A stretch of 64,000 nucleotides of DNA from Promethearchaeia archaeon (GCA_029856045.1 JAHQWG010000047.1:192001-256000), one strand, 5' to 3'. Counted from the first letter of the stretch, positions 52,037-62,753 are shown. Made by a program: numbers and translations. The notes: generated by a model from the sequence alone, not told the origin.

Positions 52037-53929
52037 ATTTCACTAGATTTCGCAATAAAGGACCTAATAAGAAAAAAAGAAACGACTATTCCAAATTTAG
52101 TTATAGTCATTTTAGTCTCAGCATTAGTAGTTTATTTCATATATTTTTGGAATTCTTTAGGAGTTAATATATTCTATGAAAATAAGTATTTATTCACAGC
52201 AAGCATCCGTGAAATTTACTACGAATTTAATGTCTTCATTTTAATTTTGGTGTTAATAATAGCCAGCACAGTTATAGTCATTATAATCTCGTCTTTATTT
52301 GCGTACAAAAAGAGAGATATTGCGATAATGAAATCTTTAGGAGCTTTGCGCGAGAAATTTTATAGCTTTTATATGAAAGAAGCATTAATTATTTATCTCG
52401 TTGGCTTTTTAATTGGATTAATTATAGGGTTATTATCTTATGGATTAACTAGTTTAATTTTATTATTTCTTAATTTTTCAGTAAATATTTATATAGATTT
52501 TTTTTGGATTCCTATTTTTTTCTTCTTAACTCTATTCGCCGTTTATGTCATAAGCGGTTATGTATTAAGAAAAATCACTCAACAAAAGATTCAGTGGATA
52601 TTTTCGAAAGATATACAACATGATTTTGATGCACAAAAGACATTAACATTAATCCCTAGATGGCTTTCTCGATTTGGATTTAATCTAAAAATTGCCATTA
52701 CCAATTTAATTAGAAGAAAAGGTGAATTTAAGAGATTTTTAATTTTATTTGGTACAATAATGACTCTTATCTTTACACTTACGATTGGGGTTTTTGTGTT
52801 GACTTCATCTGCAGAAAATTGGATATCTAGATCACAAGGAAATAACTTAATTGTAATTGGTCATAGAGATGTAGTATATAATTATTCTTTAATGTATCAA
52901 AAATTTTCTGATTTAAATATTGATACCAATGAACCAAAATTTAACTTTACCAAATCAAATTACTTATTTGATTCAAGTATTTTATCCTCATTCGAATCAA
53001 TTGAAGGTATTCAAAAAATAGATAAAAGATTAATTACTTTTTCAACAATAAAAGAAATTAACAGTTCAATAATTATTGAAGGACAGTATATCTCTGTAGG
53101 AGAAGATAGATACGCCACAATTCCTTTAATTGGAGTTGATCCAAATGAGATGTGTCAAGATTTTGAAATTGAAGGGGTATTTTTTACAGATGAAGATGGC
53201 TATGATAATATTACAATTGGCGATTCTCTTGCAAGATTCACATTTTCTGTTCCATTATATCAGAAATTAAGAGTAGGAAATGGCACTTCATATCACATTA
53301 AAGGAATTTTAATCGATAGTTTTAATAATGGATACACAGCATATTTTGATTTAGAAACGTTAAATGAAGAAATGGGCTTACCCATAGATAATATTAATAT
53401 CATTCTGATTCAAGCTAATTCAATAGAAATTGATGCTTTGGAAAATCAACTGGAAACAATAATTAAAAATGAATTAGGTCAAGAATTTATTGCAATGAAT
53501 ATGAATAATGTTTTTAATCAGAATTTATTCAAGTTAAAAACATTGAATATTATCCCTATAATTCTTATTATCCTTTTCTCAGCAATTTCATACCTTTCAT
53601 TATATAATTATCAGAAAGTAGCTTTGCATGAAAAGGTTAAGGATTTTATAATTATGAAAGCAATTGGTGCAAAAAGCAAATCACTAAAGCGAATTTTATT
53701 CATAGAGAACTTCTTTATTATAATTATATCATCCGCTTATTCTATAGGAGTATCAATGTTAATAAACATTTTATTTTTATTTGAAAGAGTTACTTTGCCA
53801 CCATTTTATGAACCGTTATTAATATTTATTGGATATCTTTCAATCTTCTTAATATTAAATTTCCTCAGTATAATACCTTTGAGTAAAAAGATAAAGCAAT
53901 TTTCAATTAAGGATTTTGAAGTTTATTAA
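52037..53929 (+). CDS. FtsX/MacB-type ABC permease, probable ATT start
   Basis: Frame opens right after TAA at 52034-52036 (ISLDFAIKDLIRKKETTIPNLVIVILV...), mirroring the internal repeat LKIAITNLIRRK; KRDIAIMKSLGA and KDFIIMKAIGA motifs; SD-like GAGGGA at 52025-52030. Confidence 0.85.
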   Translation: MSLDFAIKDLIRKKETTIPNLVIVILVSALVVYFIYFWNSLGVNIFYENKYLFTASIREIYYEFNVFILILVLIIASTVIVIIISSLFAYKKRDIAIMKSLGALREKFYSFYMKEALIIYLVGFLIGLIIGLLSYGLTSLILLFLNFSVNIYIDFFWIPIFFFLTLFAVYVISGYVLRKITQQKIQWIFSKDIQHDFDAQKTLTLIPRWLSRFGFNLKIAITNLIRRKGEFKRFLILFGTIMTLIFTLTIGVFVLTSSAENWISRSQGNNLIVIGHRDVVYNYSLMYQKFSDLNIDTNEPKFNFTKSNYLFDSSILSSFESIEGIQKIDKRLITFSTIKEINSSIIIEGQYISVGEDRYATIPLIGVDPNEMCQDFEIEGVFFTDEDGYDNITIGDSLARFTFSVPLYQKLRVGNGTSYHIKGILIDSFNNGYTAYFDLETLNEEMGLPIDNINIILIQANSIEIDALENQLETIIKNELGQEFIAMNMNNVFNQNLFKLKTLNIIPIILIILFSAISYLSLYNYQKVALHEKVKDFIIMKAIGAKSKSLKRILFIENFFIIIISSAYSIGVSMLINILFLFERVTLPPFYEPLLIFIGYLSIFLILNFLSIIPLSKKIKQFSIKDFEVY

Positions 53930-54010
53930 GAAACAATTTTGGAAAATTTTTTATTATTGAAATTTGTTATAATTTATTAAGGTAAAAAGTGATAAAAGGA
54001 GTTTTTTTTA

Positions 54011-55201
54011 TTGGAACAACTTAAAGCTGAAGTAGAGCAATTAAAAAAAGAATTAGATTTTAAAAAAAGGGAGATTAGCCAATTAAAAACTGATTTAGAA
54101 CTCAGTGAAGATTCAATTTCCTCATATGAAGAGGAACTCAAAAATTTAAATAACCTTATTAATAGTGTAGGGATCAAACGTGCATATGGTAAAAAAATCC
54201 AATTAAAATTAGGAGAAACAGAAAAAGAATTAAGAGAATTAAAAAATAATATGGGTTTGCTCAGAAAAGAAAAAATTCAAATTCAACAACAATTAAAAGA
54301 GGAGATAAAGAAAGGATCAAATGAAATGGGACACATTATTGAGATTAAGGAGGAAGAAGTGCCTGTCCATAATCTTGTAAAAGATTTAACAAACAAATTG
54401 AACAAACAACGGCTATTAATAACTCGGTTAAAAAACGAATTGAGCGAAAGACCAAGTAAAGAAGAGAGTGAATTATCAAAACCAATTAAAATGGATCTTG
54501 GAAAAGATATTACAGAATTACACCAAAAACTTGAAAATAAAGAAAAAGAATTAAATGATTTGAAAGAAAAATTTGAGAGAAAAGAAGAAGAAATCAATGA
54601 ATTAAAAATAAACATTAAAGACTCAAGAATGGATCAAAAAAAAGGAACGGAAACTGGTCCTCTAAGCAAACTTGTAAAAGAACTTCAAGAAAAATTAAAT
54701 GAATTAAAAAAAAAAAATAATAAACTCCAAAAAAAGCTAGAAGAACAACTTCAATCTCCAAAAAAGGATAATGAACTTCAAAATCAAGTATCCAAATTGG
54801 AATCTGAACTTAAAAAAAAAGAAACAGAATTAGATAAAATATTAAAGCAAAATAAGAGTTTAGAAGAAAAGGTTAAAACTGTTGATTCTTCAAAAGTTGA
54901 TAAAATTTTAACTGCAAAAAACAATGAAATTACCAATTTAACCAAGGACTTATATTTAAATAAAAACAAAACGGAAGAACTTCAATCTAAATTAAATGGA
55001 ATGGAGCAAAAATGTATATCTTTACAAAATGAGTACATTAAATTACAAGAACATCTTAAAGCTCCAAAAATTGATATACAAGAAGGGAAAATAGATAATG
55101 AGCAAGAGCTTAGAATCAGAGAATTACGCACTATTATCGAAACACTTAAAAAATTAACAAAACAACAACGAATTGAAATAAATTACTTAAGAAATAAATG
55201 A
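54011..55201 (+). CDS. Long coiled-coil protein
   Basis: Nearly continuous K/E/L/Q heptad-like pattern; TTG start behind AGGAG. Confidence 0.75.
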   Translation: MEQLKAEVEQLKKELDFKKREISQLKTDLELSEDSISSYEEELKNLNNLINSVGIKRAYGKKIQLKLGETEKELRELKNNMGLLRKEKIQIQQQLKEEIKKGSNEMGHIIEIKEEEVPVHNLVKDLTNKLNKQRLLITRLKNELSERPSKEESELSKPIKMDLGKDITELHQKLENKEKELNDLKEKFERKEEEINELKINIKDSRMDQKKGTETGPLSKLVKELQEKLNELKKKNNKLQKKLEEQLQSPKKDNELQNQVSKLESELKKKETELDKILKQNKSLEEKVKTVDSSKVDKILTAKNNEITNLTKDLYLNKNKTEELQSKLNGMEQKCISLQNEYIKLQEHLKAPKIDIQEGKIDNEQELRIRELRTIIETLKKLTKQQRIEINYLRNK

Positions 55202-55218
55202 AAGCTTAAGTTATTCTA

Positions 55219-56211
55219 ATGAATTTAGAACTAATTATTCTTGGCTCAAGTGGGGCTATTCCAGTGAAAGATAGGAATTTACCCGGTATTTCAATTAGAT
55301 ATAATTCTGAGATTATTCTATTTGATTGTGGTGAGGATATTCAGAGAAGATTTCAGCAAGCTGGATTAAAATTCAATGTACCTTTAACAATTTTTATTTC
55401 TCATATGCATGGAGATCATGTTATTGGCTTACCAGGTTTATTATTTAATTTCTCTTTAAAAGATAGAGATGCGCCTGTTAAAATTTATGGCCCTCCATCA
55501 ATATTTTTATATCTTTTTTTACATAAAAAAATTTTGGGGCTATTTACTCCATACGATTTAGAAGTAAATGAAATTGATTTAAAAAATTTAAAAATTACAA
55601 GATATAATGGTTTAAATTCTGAAAAAAAAAAAGAAGAAATTGATATTATTGATAATATTCTTTTTGAAAACAGAAGATACATGATAAAATCTACAATGGT
55701 AAAACATTCGGTTCTAACATATGCATTTTCATTTGTAGAAAAACCAAGATTTGGTAAATTTAATCCGGAGAAAGCAAAGGAACTTAATATACCGGAAGGA
55801 TATCTTTGGAAAAAATTACATAATGGAGAAAAAATAAAATTTAAAGGGAAAATAATAAATCCTGAAAAAGAGGGAATTGTTGGACCAAAAAAACCCGGGA
55901 GAAAGATAACATATTCAGCAGATACTACACCTTGTGAATCTTTAATTGAGTTGGGCAAAAATTCAGATATCTTGATTCACGAAGCTACATATGATAAATC
56001 GCTTAATGATGTTGCTAAGGAAAAAAAGCATTCAACAACCATTGATGCTGCCGAAATGGCTAAGAAAATGAATGTAAAACAACTAATTTTATTCCATTTC
56101 TCTTCAAGATATAATAACGATAAATCTATTGAGCTTTTAATAAATGAAGCCAAAGAAATATTCGAAAATACAATTGGAGCCTATGATTTATTAAGAATTG
56201 AATTAAAGTGA
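55219..56211 (+). CDS. rnz: Ribonuclease Z
   Basis: LFDCGE, SHMHGDH, exosite arm, YSADT, LIHEATY, HST, HFSSRY. Confidence 0.95.
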   Translation: MNLELIILGSSGAIPVKDRNLPGISIRYNSEIILFDCGEDIQRRFQQAGLKFNVPLTIFISHMHGDHVIGLPGLLFNFSLKDRDAPVKIYGPPSIFLYLFLHKKILGLFTPYDLEVNEIDLKNLKITRYNGLNSEKKKEEIDIIDNILFENRRYMIKSTMVKHSVLTYAFSFVEKPRFGKFNPEKAKELNIPEGYLWKKLHNGEKIKFKGKIINPEKEGIVGPKKPGRKITYSADTTPCESLIELGKNSDILIHEATYDKSLNDVAKEKKHSTTIDAAEMAKKMNVKQLILFHFSSRYNNDKSIELLINEAKEIFENTIGAYDLLRIELK

Positions 56212-56346
56212 AAAGAGTTAAAACAAAATTTGGGCACAAAATTACCTGTTATAATAGGAAAAAGATATTTTATGCTATGATTAGAAATTTTTCCTAATAT
56301 CTACTATTTATATCCTTAAAAAGAAGAAAAATTAAATAATTAATAT

Positions 56347-56556
56347 TTAAGCGCCGCCGGCGATATTTGGGAGTATAATGACCTCGTCTGTTGCTTTTAT
56401 TATAGTATTTTTGTCAGCTTTCTTGCCGTTGACTAATATACCAAAAAATTTACTTTCTAGGTTTAATTCTTTTAGAAGAGCTGTGACTGTTAATTGTTTT
56501 TCGACTTTATAGGTTGTATATACGCCAGTTTCGACTAATTCAGGAATTTGTTGCAT
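56347..56556 (-). CDS. Ubiquitin-like/MoaD-ThiS (SAMP-like) beta-grasp protein
   Basis: TVTALLKEL...ILVNGK...DEVIILPNIAGGA. Confidence 0.85.
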   Translation of the reverse strand: MQQIPELVETGVYTTYKVEKQLTVTALLKELNLESKFFGILVNGKKADKNTIIKATDEVIILPNIAGGA

Positions 56557-56800
56557 TATATCACTTTTTTCTTATTTTTTCTTTTTTATTTCTAGTATCT
56601 AATATAAATATTATCCCATTTAAATTTTATCCCATTTAGATTTTTGTTTCAAAATTATAAAATTGTTAAATTAAGGTAATGATAATCTTTTTTAGTTATA
56701 TAAAATTTCGTTTAATTAAGATTTACAGTTTTCTTACGGGACGATTCAAATTTCTGAAAAAGATATTGAAGACACTCTAGAAGTAGAAGATCAGATTCAA

Positions 56801-58408
56801 GTGTTTATCGATCAAATTTTAACGTCAGAAAATAAAGAAAATAAGAAATTCTTAATTTTAGAATTAATAAAATTTATCTCCACTGAAGCCAAAAAGATTG
56901 CAGAAATGGGAGACTTTTTTGAAGCTGCTGAAATTTTATCATCTACAGCAAATTTATTGGAAGAAATTGATCAAGATATTGCAAAAGAACTCTTAAAGAA
57001 TGCGATGAAATATTGGGATAAACAAATAGAGACTTGTAAAAAACAAGCTAAATTTCTTGAAATTGCTGAATTATATATTAAACAAGCAGATATACATCGT
57101 GACATATTTAGGAATACAAAGAAAGAGCAAGAAAATATCCTTTATGCTATCCAATTCCTAAATCATGAAGCCGATGTTCGTCTTGAATTTAATGAGTTAG
57201 AAGCAGTTGCTCGAACATTTCAAAATATAGCGAATTTATACAACCGGATTTCAAATTTTAGGAAAGCAATTAAGTTCAACAAGATGGCAATTAAGCTTGC
57301 TAAGGAGCACGGCTATTATCACATCCTTCAATACACCTATCAGCAATTATTTTCATGTTTTTCTGATTTGGGCGATTATAATTCAGCTAAAGAAATTGTA
57401 TTAGTTGGAATTGAATATTTCGCTTCAGAGGCTTTAAAATATGAGCAAAAGGACATTCTCAACCTAAATTTGTCCGCACTTTACCAAATTATAAAAAAAT
57501 TATATTTTATGCTAAATGATACGGATAACTATGTTTCTTATGCAAAAAAAGAAGCGAGTACATATATAAGCATTGCACAATCCTTAGGAAATGATCCTAA
57601 TGATGCAGAAAAAAAAGGAACTCTATATCGCGGAGCAGCATTATGCTATAATGAAATTCAAAATAATTTAATCGAATGTGCCTCCTGTTTTTTCCTAGCT
57701 GGAAATTTCTTTCATTCAATCCAAAAGAATAGTGATGCAGCAGAAAATTATAATAATGCAGCGATGGTATTTGGGCAAATCGGTAATTACCAAAAAGCTT
57801 TTGAATTATATGTTAAGGCAGCATTAAATTATCAAAATAACAATGAAGTTCGGAATTGTCTTGAAAATTTCTTGAATGCATATGATCTTACTCTTAAAGA
57901 GGATATTGAGTTTAATAGAACTGAACTATATAATTATCTTATTCAAGGACTAAATAAATACGCTAAAGAAAAAATAAAAACAAAAGAATTCTATTCAGCA
58001 GCAACGTCTATTTTAGAAAGTCTTAAATTTTACTCAAGTTTCGATAGTGTGCGTTTTAGTCCAGAAATATTTGCTGAGATGGTTAAGAGGGTTTCGAAAA
58101 ATTACTATAAAGCAGCAGATTTTAAAACCATTCGACCACGCAATATACGATTTAGTTATTTTTTAGCTGCGCTATCACGCCTTTTATTAAAACAAATTGA
58201 TGAAGCTAAAGAAATTATGAAAGAGGTTAATACGAATGGTAGCCGAGTGGAAAAATATAAAGCAATTGTAAATCAAATCATTGAATGGATTAATGAAAAT
58301 AAACAAATCTTAATATCGGATTTTCCCAAAAATATACAAAAATTTATCAATCGATATGATGAAGTGAAATATATTATTTCTTTATTTGAAAATATTTATG
58401 ATTCATAA
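56801..58408 (+). CDS. Large TPR/SNAP-like alpha-solenoid protein
   Basis: Repeated helical hairpins (FFEAAEILSSTANLL, FLEIAELYIKQA, AAENYNNAAMVF, AFELYVKAA). The frame is open upstream to 56720, so an ATT start at 56744 or 56750 is possible. Confidence 0.8.
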   Translation: MFIDQILTSENKENKKFLILELIKFISTEAKKIAEMGDFFEAAEILSSTANLLEEIDQDIAKELLKNAMKYWDKQIETCKKQAKFLEIAELYIKQADIHRDIFRNTKKEQENILYAIQFLNHEADVRLEFNELEAVARTFQNIANLYNRISNFRKAIKFNKMAIKLAKEHGYYHILQYTYQQLFSCFSDLGDYNSAKEIVLVGIEYFASEALKYEQKDILNLNLSALYQIIKKLYFMLNDTDNYVSYAKKEASTYISIAQSLGNDPNDAEKKGTLYRGAALCYNEIQNNLIECASCFFLAGNFFHSIQKNSDAAENYNNAAMVFGQIGNYQKAFELYVKAALNYQNNNEVRNCLENFLNAYDLTLKEDIEFNRTELYNYLIQGLNKYAKEKIKTKEFYSAATSILESLKFYSSFDSVRFSPEIFAEMVKRVSKNYYKAADFKTIRPRNIRFSYFLAALSRLLLKQIDEAKEIMKEVNTNGSRVEKYKAIVNQIIEWINENKQILISDFPKNIQKFINRYDEVKYIISLFENIYDS

Positions 58409-58513
58409 TTCTTTTTAATCTTTTTTTGAAAAATTCAAGTTCTTTAAATATAAATTTTAAGAATGGATAGCGTGCAAAAGTAAATTTGCATTAACTAACA
58501 TTAGGGTGATTAT

Positions 58514-58624
58514 TTGAATAAAAAGAGTATAATTGCATTAGCAATCTTATTAGCGGTTGCATACGGAATTAATATGTCTATGGCAGGAGTGGCTATTCCT
58601 GGCTGTGCTGATGGAGTTCCGTAA
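58514..58624 (+). CDS. 36-aa secreted pre-peptide (signal peptide plus ~12-aa mature part)
   Basis: MNKKSIIALAILLAVAYGINMSMAGVAIPGCADGVP; TTG start behind SD AGGGTGA (58503-58509); U-tract follows; more GC-rich than its flanks. Confidence 0.75.
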   Translation: MNKKSIIALAILLAVAYGINMSMAGVAIPGCADGVP

Positions 58625-58644
58625 GTAATTCAAGCTGATAAGTA

Positions 58645-58663
58645 TTTTTTTTTTCCTTTTTTT
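58645..58663 (+). terminator. Oligo-T archaeal-type terminator after the peptide gene
   Basis: T10-CC-T7 starting about 20 nt after the stop codon. Confidence 0.5.
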
Positions 58664-58801
58664 ATTTCATATCAGTTTTATTCAATATAATTACTTTTTT
58701 GTATAAAATTAAAACCAAAAATATCAAAAAAATCCCATCAACAATTAAAATTATTTTTAACGCTCAATTAAGAAATCCAATCATAAATTGTAATAATTTT
58801 T

Positions 58802-58823
58802 AGGAGATGGGAAGGAGATGGGA
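58802..58823 (+). repeat. Tandem 11-bp direct repeat upstream of tpl
   Basis: AGGAGATGGGA x2 in otherwise AT-rich DNA. Confidence 0.7.
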
Positions 58824-58905
58824 AAGGTTCTGGTAATGTTTTTCAATTAGAGGATTTTTATTTAATTAATCACAGAAGAATTATATTAAAAAAAAATAAG
58901 ATTGA

Positions 58906-60288
<1,383 letters not shown>

Positions 60289-60301
60289 AATCTTTAAATC
60301 C

Positions 60302-61177
60302 TTAAAATCTTAAAGCCCCTAAAGCACTAACCATATCATTATATTTCAGAAAATAAGACTTTATTTTATACATTTTACACATTGTACTAATAATTCGTTT
60401 AAAAATAGAGTTATTTTTTAAAAATCCACCGCTAAAGACAATATTTTTAACTTTTCTATTTTGCGAGTAAAGAATCAATTGAGAAGCTATGTTTTCTGAA
60501 ATGATAGAAATGATGGAATTAATCACATCTTCCTTTTTATTACTAGTGTTATTAAAAAGAGCAATTTTTCCTAGAGATGAGGCTGTAAATTGACGAAAAA
60601 ATGGATCTACCCGATCATCTTCATCTTCATATATATCAGCGACTTTTAGATCCACATTATATGGGTTTCCTTTCTTAGCGATATTTATAGCTCCATTAAA
60701 ATCATCCAAATTATAGAGTAATTTTATTAACCCCATAAAGGTTCCTCCTCCTAAGGCGGAACCACCAATTCTTTCAAAACTTCTTCTATCTTCTTGTGAT
60801 TTTATGTGTAACATAGAGGTTCCTGTTCCCACTGAAATAAAAAGCATATCTAGGGGCATTTTCTTCTCATTTAATTCAAATAAAACTTCTACTCCACGAC
60901 ATTGTGCTTCAAATTCATTGATTAATTGACAATTCTTATCCTTATTGAAATTCTTATAAATTTTAAATGCCTTTCCTCCAGTTAAATTTATTTTAAATTC
61001 TTGATTTTCGTTTAAAAATTTATAAATTTCATTGTAATTTGTTAGAAAACTATGAAATTTAAGTTTATTATCCTTTACATAGATGATTTTAGTGAGAGAA
61101 GCACCTGCATCAATTCCCAATTTACCTTTTAATGTATTTGCTAGAGATCTAGTTAAATTAATAATTTGCTCACTCAA
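60302..61177 (-). CDS. coaW: Type II pantothenate kinase (eukaryote/Staphylococcus-like, ASKHA fold)
   Basis: GIDAGASLTK, LTGG, NEF, SVGTGTS, RIGGSALGGGTFMGL, VDLKVADIY, ASSLGK, ALGA. Confidence 0.85.
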   Translation of the reverse strand: MSEQIINLTRSLANTLKGKLGIDAGASLTKIIYVKDNKLKFHSFLTNYNEIYKFLNENQEFKINLTGGKAFKIYKNFNKDKNCQLINEFEAQCRGVEVLFELNEKKMPLDMLFISVGTGTSMLHIKSQEDRRSFERIGGSALGGGTFMGLIKLLYNLDDFNGAINIAKKGNPYNVDLKVADIYEDEDDRVDPFFRQFTASSLGKIALFNNTSNKKEDVINSIISIISENIASQLILYSQNRKVKNIVFSGGFLKNNSIFKRIISTMCKMYKIKSYFLKYNDMVSALGALRF

Positions 61178-61289
61178 TTTAAAAAACCATTAAAAATACT
61201 TTATTGATTGAACAATTACTATAATTACAATTAATATATTTAATTAATATGTTTTTTTATAAAAAAAGATAAAAGAAAAGTAATAAAAA

Positions 61290-62753
61290 TTATCTTTCGG
61301 CAAATTCTTTCATATCTTTTGCTGGATCCCAACGTTTTCTCATGAAATCTAGGATTCCTGATGAATCTCTTGGTCCTACAATGCAAACACAATTAGCTTC
61401 ATCTTCTACTGCTCCCGATAATCTTGCTGCCATACCAGGGATAATTACAATACGATGCTTAACCTTATCAAAAGGTTTAAATTTTTCAATCGCTTCAGCA
61501 ATAGCAGTACTCGAATATTGTCCACCCGCAACCGCTGATTCCACACCTATTCCTCCCGTATCAACATTTAATAAATAAGCGTCAATATTCCCACTTTTAA
61601 TATCTTCTCTAACTGGATATACTGTCATACGATAATTAGTTGTACAGAATATGGGAGCATCCTCATTAGGTTCTCCAATTGTTTCTAAACCTGGATCGAC
61701 AGCGGGATATATCCTCGGATCGCTAAAGATATTCTGTCTGAAGGTCAAGATTGCTAGCATTGCCCAGATATCCTCCCTCTTTTTACCTGTATGGCAAATT
61801 ATCAATGAGGTATCAATGGCTGCCATAATACATGCCATAATCATTTCTTTATATTGAAATTTCCATAAATCTTTTTCGTTCTTTACTTTTACATCTTTCC
61901 ATAACGCTGCTGGGACACCCATAATCGGCCATCCAGAATTTTCATCGCCTCCGTCAACACCAGCCAGCCTTAGTTGAATAATATTATCAAAAGTACTCAA
62001 CACATTACCTTCACCAAAAAAGGTTCCCGGATCCAAGACAATTTCTCTTATTCCCATCTTTTGTAGAGATGCAGAGATTGAAATCAATTCATTAATATCA
62101 TTTGAGAAACATACAACAGGTAAGTCTTCATCAAATGCAAATGAGCCAATTTTTTCCCAGCTTTCTTTTGTCGCAGCATAAAGCAGTGGTTTTTTATTCT
62201 TTATTTCTGCAGCAGCAGCGAGAAGCATATCTGGATTAAAACAACATAATATGACGGGTAAATCTGAATTTTCCACTACTGTTTTGGCAGCGGTTTTAAA
62301 AGTTTCTGTGTCATTAGATATGCATTTTAATGCAATTGCATTTAGTTTTAAATCATCACCAAGTCTTGAAATTACTATTCCTGTTAAATATTTTACGATA
62401 TCTATGAGATCTTCAGCATTATCATCAAGTGTGATTGCAATAGCCATTTCATTATAGAAGGTTAGAGAATGTCTATATATAACTTCCTCCCCACCAATTG
62501 TGCATATTCTTTCACCAACTCCGAATTCTACTGGTTTCTGCGGAGGTGTGGTTATTTCTATTAATTTTCTCAGATTTTTAGCTTGTTTTGGACGTTGAAG
62601 ATGCGTACAATCACTTAATTTTTTTTTTCTTTCAAGTAGATCAGTTGAAAATGCCATACACGTCTCCAGCCCACATTCTTTACAATTGCTCTTATCGAGT
62701 AATTTATAAATTTCAAGTGGACTTGCTCTCTTTACCATTTTTTCTTGCTCCAA
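61290..62753 (-). CDS. cdhE: Acetyl-CoA decarbonylase/synthase gamma subunit (CFeSP large subunit)
   Basis: NCKECGLETCMAF, IGGEEVIYRH, IFSDPR, TTNY, VAGG, IIPGMAARLSG, VGPRDSS. Confidence 0.93.
   Translation of the reverse strand: MEQEKMVKRASPLEIYKLLDKSNCKECGLETCMAFSTDLLERKKKLSDCTHLQRPKQAKNLRKLIEITTPPQKPVEFGVGERICTIGGEEVIYRHSLTFYNEMAIAITLDDNAEDLIDIVKYLTGIVISRLGDDLKLNAIALKCISNDTETFKTAAKTVVENSDLPVILCCFNPDMLLAAAAEIKNKKPLLYAATKESWEKIGSFAFDEDLPVVCFSNDINELISISASLQKMGIREIVLDPGTFFGEGNVLSTFDNIIQLRLAGVDGGDENSGWPIMGVPAALWKDVKVKNEKDLWKFQYKEMIMACIMAAIDTSLIICHTGKKREDIWAMLAILTFRQNIFSDPRIYPAVDPGLETIGEPNEDAPIFCTTNYRMTVYPVREDIKSGNIDAYLLNVDTGGIGVESAVAGGQYSSTAIAEAIEKFKPFDKVKHRIVIIPGMAARLSGAVEDEANCVCIVGPRDSSGILDFMRKRWDPAKDMKEFAER

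Noticed and set aside
56255-56296. TAGGAAAAA/TTTTTCCTA inverted repeat between convergent rnz and Ubl genes
   Set aside because: Mostly A/T with a large loop; could be a terminator but not distinguishable from chance.
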